Of a DNA stretch of 64,000 nucleotides, positions 46,063-55,381 are shown one piece after another. The notes under the pieces are model-generated. The model saw only the letters and a program-made list of their open reading frames with translations, was not told the origin of the DNA and did not search any database. Each line of letters begins with the position of its first letter. Positions within the stretch are counted from its first letter, which is position 1. The DNA comes from a virus. The translations under genes and the position numbers were made by a program. The stretch lies in IMG/VR virus record IMGVR_UViG_3300032116_000064, positions 1-64,000 of that record, one strand, 5' to 3'.

Positions 46063-47065
46063 CGTTTCTATGATACGATCTGGAAAAGTATTTATTAACC
46101 ATAATAATATAGAATTGGAAATACACCCTATCACAGTTGAGCAAAACTTCAAATCTTGCCAAATCTATAAATCTGCTTATGACAAAGCTTATTCAGAAGA
46201 AATAATGACAGAAGAGGATATGGATCAGTGGATGTTAGAAAATGAACTGTGGACTATTCATGATAATAAAAAGGAAGAATCACTGAAAAATGATCTTGAA
46301 CGTCTTAAAGTTGAAATCTATAATAATAGAGATAATACGATGATGGTTAATAGTATAAGAAAATACTTACGTGCTGGTGAGCTTCAGTTGTCTAGCCATC
46401 TCAATAAAAAATACATGTATCATCAAAATACATGCGAAGGAGTAGCCTCAACAGAAAGACTAGCTTGGATAATAAAAAACACTACATATTGTGATAATCA
46501 ACCATATGATTTTGATGAGATATCTTTACAATATGTTATAGATGAGTGGCAGTCTCATTTTTTGAGCGATACTAAATGTAGAGATTTAGCACGAAATGAT
46601 CCATGGAAATCGCTATGGATAGTTCGTGAGAAAAGTAACATTTCACTTTTTGCTAATCCACCAAATACAGAATTAACACATAATCAAAAAAGTTTATTAA
46701 TTTGGTCACAAATGTATGATAATATACAAGAATCAATGGACTGTCCCAATAAAGAAGTTATAGAAGATGATGATATGCTAGATGGATGGTTCATAGTTCA
46801 GCATAAGAAACGAGAAAAAGAACGCTATGAACGTGAATTTGAAAACCAAACAAACAATGAAAAAATAAAAAATGCTGGTGAAGTGTATGTAATGTCTAGC
46901 AATAAGCAAACTACAGATAAAATTAATAGTTTAAATAATACTCAAGCTAATATTATTAAAGCTCAAAGATTTGCTGCTCTTAGACAACTTGACAGCATTC
47001 AAGAACAACACTTGCCCGATCAGCGACAAAATATTCAAATGCAGGCTACTCGACAAGGAATATAG
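46037..47065 (+). CDS. putative tail assembly chaperone
   Basis: Between tube and TMP; YDNIQESMDCP..EVIEDDDMLDGW motif. Confidence 0.55.
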   Translation: MKHHEREFFVSMIRSGKVFINHNNIELEIHPITVEQNFKSCQIYKSAYDKAYSEEIMTEEDMDQWMLENELWTIHDNKKEESLKNDLERLKVEIYNNRDNTMMVNSIRKYLRAGELQLSSHLNKKYMYHQNTCEGVASTERLAWIIKNTTYCDNQPYDFDEISLQYVIDEWQSHFLSDTKCRDLARNDPWKSLWIVREKSNISLFANPPNTELTHNQKSLLIWSQMYDNIQESMDCPNKEVIEDDDMLDGWFIVQHKKREKERYEREFENQTNNEKIKNAGEVYVMSSNKQTTDKINSLNNTQANIIKAQRFAALRQLDSIQEQHLPDQRQNIQMQATRQGI

Positions 47066-47074
47066 AAGGAGGAT

Positions 47075-47407
47075 ATGATGGACGATTATAAAAAGATTAG
47101 AGACTCAAAATACAAATCTGACTCAAGAGATAGATTGTCTAAAATTCTAAAAAAGAAAATACAGACGACTATGATTGGTGCTTTAAGCACTATAGAAGAG
47201 AATTTTGGATTCTTGTGGAATAGTGAATCCAAAGAGCCACTTACTAAAGATCAAGAGATGATGAAGAATCTTTATAATAAGGTTAGATCAGAAATCTTAG
47301 ATCGTGGTAATAATCAAGCTAGAAATATTGATGCTGAGTTAGCTCAATATGAAGTAGAGTGGACAAGATATCAACTTAAAATTCCAGTAATAAATCCTAA
47401 CAAATAA
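47075..47407 (+). CDS. hypothetical protein (tail module)
   Basis: GGAGG RBS; ORF track. Confidence 0.65.
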   Translation: MMDDYKKIRDSKYKSDSRDRLSKILKKKIQTTMIGALSTIEENFGFLWNSESKEPLTKDQEMMKNLYNKVRSEILDRGNNQARNIDAELAQYEVEWTRYQLKIPVINPNK

Positions 47408-47419
47408 TTGGAGGAACCC

Positions 47420-48310
47420 ATGTCACAGGATAAGGAAAAGATAGTAGATGTAGTTTTAAATAAGAATGGCAAAGATGAAAACGTCAAGTTAGTAGTTAAA
47501 CGCCCCAGTAGCGCATTAATTTCTCAAGCTCAACGAGTCGGAGCAAAAGCTTGGACAGATTGTGTTCGTGAAGGAATTATGACCAAGAAGGAACTTGAAA
47601 AATTTATGAAAGAGCAGGGGATTTGGGACGAAGGTAAAGACGAAGAGCAAAGAAAGGTTGTTCAAGAAATCTCTGATTTAGAAAAAAGATTGTATGTTAG
47701 CGGGAATGGTGGTAAAAAGCTAAAAGCATCAGAAGGCAAGGATATTGCTATTCAGATGAGAATTAAGCGAAATGAGCTTAGAGACTTAATTGCAGAGAAA
47801 ATGAGCCTTGAGCAAAACACCGCAGAATCCATCTCAGATAATGTCAGATTTGACTATCTAGTAGCACATTCTGCCTTTTATGAAAATGGTCAGAAAGTGT
47901 ATAACAGTTTAGATGATTATAAAGAAAGGTCTGACGATCAGATAGCTTTTAGTGCTGCATCAGCACTTGCGGGTATGATGTACGCTGTAGATAAGGACTT
48001 TGAGGCAAAGCTGCCGGAAAATAAATTCCTTAAAATGTTCCACTTTGTCAACGAGGATTTAAGTCTAGTTAATGACAAGGGCGAAACTGTAGATACTCAA
48101 GGTCGCAGAATAGACAAGAACGGATACTGGCTCAACGAAGATGGTAAGCGAGTAGATAAAGATGGTAATGTTCTTGACGAAAATGGTAATTATATTCCGA
48201 GCGTTGTTTATGTAGATGACCAAGATAAGGAAATTAAGCCAGAAGAAACAGAAGAAGCCGAAAAACCAACATCCAAGAAAAAGAAGTCAACAGCAACGGA
48301 TAGTGAATGA
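47420..48310 (+). CDS. putative tail assembly chaperone
   Basis: GGAGG before ATG 47420 (track start is TTG 47408); coiled coil plus (V/I)D..G repeats; directly before TMP. Confidence 0.55.
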   Translation: MSQDKEKIVDVVLNKNGKDENVKLVVKRPSSALISQAQRVGAKAWTDCVREGIMTKKELEKFMKEQGIWDEGKDEEQRKVVQEISDLEKRLYVSGNGGKKLKASEGKDIAIQMRIKRNELRDLIAEKMSLEQNTAESISDNVRFDYLVAHSAFYENGQKVYNSLDDYKERSDDQIAFSAASALAGMMYAVDKDFEAKLPENKFLKMFHFVNEDLSLVNDKGETVDTQGRRIDKNGYWLNEDGKRVDKDGNVLDENGNYIPSVVYVDDQDKEIKPEETEEAEKPTSKKKKSTATDSE

Positions 48311-48343
48311 GATAGAGTTGTGTGGCATCAGTAAAGGAGAATT

Positions 48344-51300
48344 ATGTCAAGATTCGTACTGACCGCACAATTACAGTTACAAGCTCCAAATAACGTTAGG
48401 CAAGTTGTACAACAAATTCAGAGCCAGTTACAGGGTGTAAATGTTAATGTACAAATTCAGAATAGCCCACAAGCACAGCGTCAATTACAGCAAGTAACTC
48501 AACAGGTTAATCAAGCAACAACGGCAGCAGAACGCATGGGCAAGGCATTTGCTTTGTCCATTAGGCGTTTTGCTGCTTTTTCTGTAGCCACAAGAGCAGT
48601 TGGTTTATTTACTAGTACTCTCAATAGTGCTGTTAATAGTGCTATTGATTTTGAAAGACAGTTAATTAAAGTCTCTCAAGTTACTGGTAAAAGTGTTGGT
48701 CAGCTTCGCGGATTAACAAAGCAAATTACTAGTCTGTCTACTGGTTTTGGTGTAGCATCTTCTGATTTGTTAGAAGTTTCTACAGTCTTAGCACAGGCTG
48801 GTTTGACCGCTGAAGATACATCTATTGCACTAAAGACACTAGCAAAAGCGGCACTTGCCCCTAACTTTGATAGTATCACAGAAACTGCCGAAGGTGCCAT
48901 TGCTATCTTAGCACAATTCCAGCAGGGAGTTGGAGCTTTAGAACAGCAGCTTGGTTCTATTAATGCTGTTGCTGGTGCATTCGCTGTAGAAGCTAGTGAC
49001 TTAATTGACGTTGTTCGTAGAACTGGTGGTGTGTTTAAAGCTTCTGGTGGTAATCTAAATGAACTATTAGCATTATTTACAAGCGTAAGAGCCACAACGC
49101 GAGAAAGTGCCGAAAGTATTGGTACAGGTTTGCGTACTATCTTTACACGTATTCAACGACCCAAGACTATTGAGTTCTTAAAACAATTTGGTGTTGAACT
49201 TACTGACTTAGACGGTAAATTTGTTGGTCCATATGAGGCTATTAAACGACTAAGTGAAGCCCTAAGTGGACTTGGAGAAGGTGATCTTACTTTTATTAGT
49301 ATAGCTGAAGAGCTTGGTGGATTCAGACAAATTGGTAAAGTTCTTCCACTTTTACAGCAATTTTCTACCGCTCAGTCCGCGTTAAATGTTGCTATGAAAG
49401 CCGGTGATTCTTTGACTAATGATGCTGCATCAGCACAAGCGGCATTAGCTATTAGAATTATGAAAGTCAAAGAAGAGTTTTTGGCACTTATTCGTAGTGT
49501 TACTGAAACATCTACTTTTCAAGTAATGGCTAATACTGCTCTTAGTTTAGCATCTGCCCTCATAAAGATTGGTGACTCTATTAAGCCATTGCTTCCAATG
49601 TTAGCAGCTTTGGCGGCTTTTAAATTAGTGAAGGGTATGGGAGGTTTCTTGGGCGGAATGATGAGCGGTGCCACTTCTGGTAGAGCTTATAATAAAGGTG
49701 GTAAAGTTCTTGGTTTTGCTAGGGGTGGTCTAGTTCCCGGTTCTGGTAATGGAGATACTGTTCCAGCGATGCTAGCTCCGGGTGAATTTGTTATACGCAA
49801 GAGTAGCGTTAATAAGATGGGTGCTGGTACTCTTGCTGCGATGAATGAAAATCGTTATGAAAATGGTGGACCTATGACCACGGCTCAGAAGCTGGCTATG
49901 GCTAGAGGTCCACAAAAAACACAATCTCTTGGAAAAAAAGATAAAAAAGCAAAATATACATCTGGTCGAGATAAAGATGAATTAAGATTTTCTGTAGCTG
50001 ATGGAAGTATTGGCGCATTCTTTATGAATAAAGAAGGCACTCCAGATGGTTTAAAACCATTTAAAAGTAAAAGTTTTAATATAACAAATTCTGAATTGTT
50101 ATCATTAGCTGGAGTTAAGCCGTATAAAAACAAAGGCGACAAAATGGCTGGTAAATCAGATACATTTTTTGCCAAAGGAATTTTAGAAGCTGGAAACATA
50201 CAAACATTTTATCCATCTATTGGAGATATAAAGTCTGGCTCTTTAAGTCAAATTATTCAGAACAATGTAAAAACTAAACTATCTGAAGCGGTTGCATCCG
50301 TAGCTAATGAAGTTTCGTCTAAAAAGTTATTAGACATTCCACCAGTTGATAGTAATGATGCACTGTTATCGGCAGCAGCAAAAAGAATTCAATCTGATGC
50401 AGGTGCCATAAGAACTACTTCCGGGTATTTATATGAAGGTGTAATCGATGCTTTAACTGGTGCTAGACCAGCTTCTGGTAATGCTGTATTCGATTTTCCT
50501 GCGTCTTCTTTACAAGGAAATAGACAGAGATTGGCGGCATTATTTGGTAATGCTGGAGCTATAGGTAAATTAAGACAAGCTGATGCTAAAGCCTCATACT
50601 CCAGTAAGATTATCGATGGAGATATGGGAAGCGGTAGTATATCTAGTAAGATTGTAAACTCAATCAATAACGGTGTTTTAGCTGGTATCAATGTAAAGAA
50701 AAAGTTTTTTGGTGGTCCTATCTCTAAGTTTGCTGCTGGTGGTGGAGTTGGTACTGATACCGTTCCGGCCCTATTAACTCCCGGTGAATTTGTTGTTAAC
50801 AGATCATCTGCACAAAATATAGGATACGGTAATTTAAATCGTATGAATAAAGTTGGTAAATACGCCAAGGGTGGAGTTGTTCAGCGTTTTGCCGCTGGAA
50901 CTTCTGGAACTGGGGCAAAATCAATTGTTAGCGACTCAAATATTCCCGGCTTTGATATAAAAGCTCCTACAGTATTGAATAAAATAATCAGTAAATTAAC
51001 TGGTACTTTTTCCGTTATGGATGTTAGTGTTGAAGAGGGCCGTAAACAATTCCAAGTATTAAAAGCCGTTACTCCAGATTTAAGTAAATCATTAGTAGAT
51101 TATGCAAATGCTAATAATTTATCTTTTAAGCAAGCCGCTCAATTATCTTCGGCATATTCACAACTTGTAACACAAATGTTGAAGCAGGGAGCATCAAGTG
51201 CTGTAATTCAAATACGTATGCAAGATTATGTTGATGCTTTGACTTCGGGCGCAAAAGCAATTGGTACTACAGCAAGTGAAACAGCTTCATCTTCAGCAAC

Positions 51301-54300
51301 TTCTCCAGCATCTTCTGCGGCAGCAACTGCTGCAACAGCAACTACGACTAATAAAGCTGGTGGCGCAGTAACATCAAGTAATGTTAAATCTAAAATTTCT
51401 GGATTAGCTGATAATGGGGAAATTCAACGTGAAATTGCTGCTACAGCACAAGAAATCAAGAAAACTGGTAGTTATTCTAAAGTATTGTCTACTTCGCTAG
51501 AAAAACAAAAGCAAGTAACGGATGGTTTATATCAAGAATCTGCCGCTTTGGATGCAAGAATAAGTGCTTATGATCAAGCTCTGGCAAAATTAGCAACACA
51601 ACAAGGAAAAGCTGCTGCAACTGGAACAGCTGCCAATAGAATTGTTCAGATGAAAATGGATGCTGAGTCCAAGCGAATTGAAGTAGATCAAAGGGCTTTG
51701 GCTGAAGAACAAAAATTTGAGGGTATACAGAAAAAACATCAAGCAACTATAGAAAAACAAACTCAGTTGATGGATAAACAAAATGCCTTGATACAACAAG
51801 CTAAATCCAACAAACAAGCTGCTAGTCAACTCACAAAAGATACTTTACAAGGTGGAACACAATCCAATTTTAAAGATAGTGACACTCGCGCTAATAGTCG
51901 CGCTGATAGCTGGAATCAACTACAAAAACAAAAAGCAGATGCAATATCAGCTAGAGAAAATGAATTTGCTAGAGCAAGAACTGCAAATAAGGAAAGACAA
52001 TCTCAGAGATCTGGCGGATTAGGTAGCATGATGCCATCAGACGTTGGCGGTGCAGCTATAGCTATATCAATGGTTACTGCATCATTACAAGCTATGCTTC
52101 CGCCACTTGATGAAAACTCATCCGCTTTGACTACAATGTCTCATTCTTTATTGGGATTGGTTACTACAGTGGCTGGAGTAGCTTTTGCTTTACAAGCATT
52201 TGGCGTAGAGCTAAAAGCTCAGAGCGTAATGAAATTTTTAGGTGGTGGTGGCCTTGGTACTGGCGGCAAAAAAGCTGTCATCAGTGCTGCTCAAGGCTTA
52301 GGATTTGGTAGGGACGCAACTGTTGGCATTATGAAAACTGTTAATGCAATATCTAAAATAGCTGGACCATTATTAGCTGTTGCTGGAGGGGCATATCTTG
52401 CTCAACAAGCCTTTAATGTCATTGCAGAAAGTATTTATAATTTTGACGGAAGATTAAAACAATCTATAGAGTCGGGAGATGTAGAGGGGGCTAAAACAGC
52501 TGCCCGCGAAAAGGCAGATTTTCAACAAGGCTCTGGAGCGATTGGTGGAGTATTAGCAGCAACAGCAGCTGGTGCCGCTATTGGTAGTTTTATTCCAGTA
52601 ATAGGTACAGTGATTGGTGGACTTGTTGGTTTAGGAGTTGGAATTTTAGGAGTATCATCGTCATTTTTAACAACAACTGATAGTGCCGTGGCTTTAGCTG
52701 CGGCTCAAGCCGGTGCGGTTAAAACTCAAAAAGCTTTAGATGAAGCTCAAAAAGTTGCAGCTACCGCTATGGATGATTTTAAAAATGGCACCATTTCTGC
52801 TTCTGAAGCTCTTGCGAAAATTAGAGCTAAAACAGGAGAAGCAAATGCTCAAATGGGACGAGCAAATACTTTCGCTACTGAAAATTTAAAAAATAGATCC
52901 AATGCTTATAGTGACAGTGGTTTCCTAAGAAATGTTGGAGCTTTAGGTGGTTTAAATCCATTTATGGAGACTACTGGAGCGCGTAATGCGCGACTAGGAA
53001 AAGAAAGTGCAGATCAAATAAATAATGCCGCAAAACAACAACAAGAAGCATTCAATATTGAAAGTCCAGCCCGACAAGCTGCTATTAGATCTGGCGTAGC
53101 TAGAGGAAAAAATATAAATGCTGTTAGAGCAGAGGCAACTAATGGGTTACAGAAACAAATTAGTGAACAAAGATTATTAGGTAATCAACTACAGTCTTCT
53201 GGCGATGAGGCTGGAGCAAAAGCCGCATTTGCAGCAGCATCACAGATGGAAGCACAACTTAAACAAGTTAACAAAGAAATAGAAAATATTGAAAAGGAAG
53301 TCAAGCGTCAGAAAGAATTGTATGATGCTATGAATTTAGGATTACGTTCAGCAACGGCAACATCATCCGCACTATCAGCTACGATGGATAGATTTTCTGC
53401 TGGATTTGAGGTAGGCGGATCTACACTTGGCAGTGATATTGAATTTTTACAGCAGTCAATGAGTAGTGCCGCACAAGCTATGGATCCAAATGAAATTAAA
53501 GATGCAGTTAGTAATGTATCTTCTAACTTACGCGAATTTGGTGTTGGTGAAGAATATATTAAGAAATTTGAAGGTAATGTGGCAGCATTTACATCTGCTC
53601 AACAAAATTACAACAAAGCCTTTGATAATATTAAAAATTCAATGGCCGAAGCAGATTTCAAGGGTCTAAGTTCTGATGAAATAAAGAAAAAGTTTGCTGA
53701 TGAACTTACAAAAGGGATGGATGAAGAAGGCGCAAAGAGTCTTAAAGCGGCAATCGGAGGAATGGATTTAAGCGATACTGATGTTGACCAAATTATTGCT
53801 GGAGATTTAAGCGTTTTTGGCAATAAATTAACTGAAGTACAGAAAAAAATGTTTGAAGATCTTCAGAAAATTGAGCAAGATAGAGCTAGAGCCGAACAGG
53901 TACTTATAGATTTTACAAAAAAGAGAATTGATGCTGAACGTAATTTAGTTGCTGCTCAACAAGAAGCACTAGATTTAACTTTAGAAGGAAGAGAAGTACA
54001 AGCCAAGTATGGCGGTAAAGCTGTAAGTGCTGAAGAAAGACGGGCTAATATTCTTGGTAAGTCTAACGTAGAGGGCAATCGTCTTGGTTTGACGGCTATG
54101 AGAACTGGTAGTATTCAAGAATTAAGAGCTAGAAATGCAGAAATTAGAGGCGGATTTGCTAACGTCGAAGCCCGTAGGACTGAACGTGGTGGTATGGATA
54201 GAACTGCCGGTGTAGTCGCTGATGAGTCACAAAAAGACTTAGAGAAAGCATACAAGACACAAATAGAAACAATTAGAGGATTGATTAAATTAGAAGAAGA

Positions 54301-55381
54301 ACAATTAAAGATTACCCAAGAAAAGAATAAACTTGAGAAAGAATCTATGGAATCTTTAATTAAGGGAGATGTAGAAGAATTTTTCAAGAAGCAATCAGCT
54401 GTTGGTGCTACAGCCGCAATTGCTAGTGGAGATACTCGTCTACAAAATTATTATGGTGCTGACGCTTTAGGCATGGCATATCAAGATATTCAACGTCAGC
54501 AAGAAGCCGGTGTTCAAGAATTATATGGTCAACAACTTGGTGGTGCCGGTGGATTAGTAGAAAGTGCTGCCGGTGCTGCACTATCAGCCAGAGGTGTAAC
54601 TGATATGAGAGCAGCACAAGTTATGGCCGGTACTACAGCAGAAGAAGAAGCAAGTAAATCTAGATTAAGAGAACTTGGCGGTATGCTAGGAGAAACTGGG
54701 CAACTTGGAACAGAAATGGCAGAAATGCAAGTCACAACTGCTACAATGAATGTAACAGCAGCGCAAGTTAAGTTTGATGAAACTATGGCAAGAGGAAGAG
54801 CAAAAGCAGAAGAAGGGTTGGCTTCTGAAAATAAGAGTGCTGCCGAATTCAAGTCTCGCGGCGGATTAATTTATGCAAGTCGTGGTATCTTCGTTCCTCG
54901 CGGAACGGACACTGTGCCAGCAATGTTAACTCCGGGTGAATTTGTGGTTAATCGCGCCGCTGTTCAACGTGATAATAACTTGCAAATTTTACAAGCAATG
55001 AATGGTAACTCTTCTCCTCCACCAGCCGCTGGGCAAGCAGTTGGAATGGCAAAGGGCGGAATGGTTCAATACTTCAGAGATGGAGGTCAACCTCAAGGTG
55101 GTGGTTCTTTTGCTGGAATGTTTGCGGGTATAACTGATGGATTATCTAAATTTGCTACTTCTTTTGGATCACAAATATCTGAAGCCGTCGATAAACTTAA
55201 AGGTATTAATATCACATTAAGTTCTAATTCAAATGTCAATGTAAATATTAATGATAGTTCTGGATTGTTAAAAATGCTCAAAGAAGATACTAGAAAAGAC
55301 ATATTAGCAGCAATAGAAAGAGAGTTCAAGGATTCTCAAGGTGGATCACTTAAAAGAAATAGTTCAGTATTAGGATCATAA
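48344..55381 (+). CDS. tail tape measure protein (TP901-like core) with internal repeats and insert
   Basis: AIDFERQLIKVSQVTG...TTRESAESIGTGLRTIFTRI core; Ala/Gln-rich helices; three DTVPA(M/L)L(A/T)PGEFV motifs. Confidence 0.9.
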   Translation: MSRFVLTAQLQLQAPNNVRQVVQQIQSQLQGVNVNVQIQNSPQAQRQLQQVTQQVNQATTAAERMGKAFALSIRRFAAFSVATRAVGLFTSTLNSAVNSAIDFERQLIKVSQVTGKSVGQLRGLTKQITSLSTGFGVASSDLLEVSTVLAQAGLTAEDTSIALKTLAKAALAPNFDSITETAEGAIAILAQFQQGVGALEQQLGSINAVAGAFAVEASDLIDVVRRTGGVFKASGGNLNELLALFTSVRATTRESAESIGTGLRTIFTRIQRPKTIEFLKQFGVELTDLDGKFVGPYEAIKRLSEALSGLGEGDLTFISIAEELGGFRQIGKVLPLLQQFSTAQSALNVAMKAGDSLTNDAASAQAALAIRIMKVKEEFLALIRSVTETSTFQVMANTALSLASALIKIGDSIKPLLPMLAALAAFKLVKGMGGFLGGMMSGATSGRAYNKGGKVLGFARGGLVPGSGNGDTVPAMLAPGEFVIRKSSVNKMGAGTLAAMNENRYENGGPMTTAQKLAMARGPQKTQSLGKKDKKAKYTSGRDKDELRFSVADGSIGAFFMNKEGTPDGLKPFKSKSFNITNSELLSLAGVKPYKNKGDKMAGKSDTFFAKGILEAGNIQTFYPSIGDIKSGSLSQIIQNNVKTKLSEAVASVANEVSSKKLLDIPPVDSNDALLSAAAKRIQSDAGAIRTTSGYLYEGVIDALTGARPASGNAVFDFPASSLQGNRQRLAALFGNAGAIGKLRQADAKASYSSKIIDGDMGSGSISSKIVNSINNGVLAGINVKKKFFGGPISKFAAGGGVGTDTVPALLTPGEFVVNRSSAQNIGYGNLNRMNKVGKYAKGGVVQRFAAGTSGTGAKSIVSDSNIPGFDIKAPTVLNKIISKLTGTFSVMDVSVEEGRKQFQVLKAVTPDLSKSLVDYANANNLSFKQAAQLSSAYSQLVTQMLKQGASSAVIQIRMQDYVDALTSGAKAIGTTASETASSSATSPASSAAATAATATTTNKAGGAVTSSNVKSKISGLADNGEIQREIAATAQEIKKTGSYSKVLSTSLEKQKQVTDGLYQESAALDARISAYDQALAKLATQQGKAAATGTAANRIVQMKMDAESKRIEVDQRALAEEQKFEGIQKKHQATIEKQTQLMDKQNALIQQAKSNKQAASQLTKDTLQGGTQSNFKDSDTRANSRADSWNQLQKQKADAISARENEFARARTANKERQSQRSGGLGSMMPSDVGGAAIAISMVTASLQAMLPPLDENSSALTTMSHSLLGLVTTVAGVAFALQAFGVELKAQSVMKFLGGGGLGTGGKKAVISAAQGLGFGRDATVGIMKTVNAISKIAGPLLAVAGGAYLAQQAFNVIAESIYNFDGRLKQSIESGDVEGAKTAAREKADFQQGSGAIGGVLAATAAGAAIGSFIPVIGTVIGGLVGLGVGILGVSSSFLTTTDSAVALAAAQAGAVKTQKALDEAQKVAATAMDDFKNGTISASEALAKIRAKTGEANAQMGRANTFATENLKNRSNAYSDSGFLRNVGALGGLNPFMETTGARNARLGKESADQINNAAKQQQEAFNIESPARQAAIRSGVARGKNINAVRAEATNGLQKQISEQRLLGNQLQSSGDEAGAKAAFAAASQMEAQLKQVNKEIENIEKEVKRQKELYDAMNLGLRSATATSSALSATMDRFSAGFEVGGSTLGSDIEFLQQSMSSAAQAMDPNEIKDAVSNVSSNLREFGVGEEYIKKFEGNVAAFTSAQQNYNKAFDNIKNSMAEADFKGLSSDEIKKKFADELTKGMDEEGAKSLKAAIGGMDLSDTDVDQIIAGDLSVFGNKLTEVQKKMFEDLQKIEQDRARAEQVLIDFTKKRIDAERNLVAAQQEALDLTLEGREVQAKYGGKAVSAEERRANILGKSNVEGNRLGLTAMRTGSIQELRARNAEIRGGFANVEARRTERGGMDRTAGVVADESQKDLEKAYKTQIETIRGLIKLEEEQLKITQEKNKLEKESMESLIKGDVEEFFKKQSAVGATAAIASGDTRLQNYYGADALGMAYQDIQRQQEAGVQELYGQQLGGAGGLVESAAGAALSARGVTDMRAAQVMAGTTAEEEASKSRLRELGGMLGETGQLGTEMAEMQVTTATMNVTAAQVKFDETMARGRAKAEEGLASENKSAAEFKSRGGLIYASRGIFVPRGTDTVPAMLTPGEFVVNRAAVQRDNNLQILQAMNGNSSPPPAAGQAVGMAKGGMVQYFRDGGQPQGGGSFAGMFAGITDGLSKFATSFGSQISEAVDKLKGINITLSSNSNVNVNINDSSGLLKMLKEDTRKDILAAIEREFKDSQGGSLKRNSSVLGS

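Noticed and set aside
46037-48343. Classical G/GT programmed -1 frameshift of tail chaperones
   Set aside because: I could not identify a convincing XXXYYYZ site linking the ORFs; each later ORF has its own RBS
48700-55329. Multiple short minus-strand ORFs within the tape measure gene
   Set aside because: Antisense shadows with no RBS or promoter support
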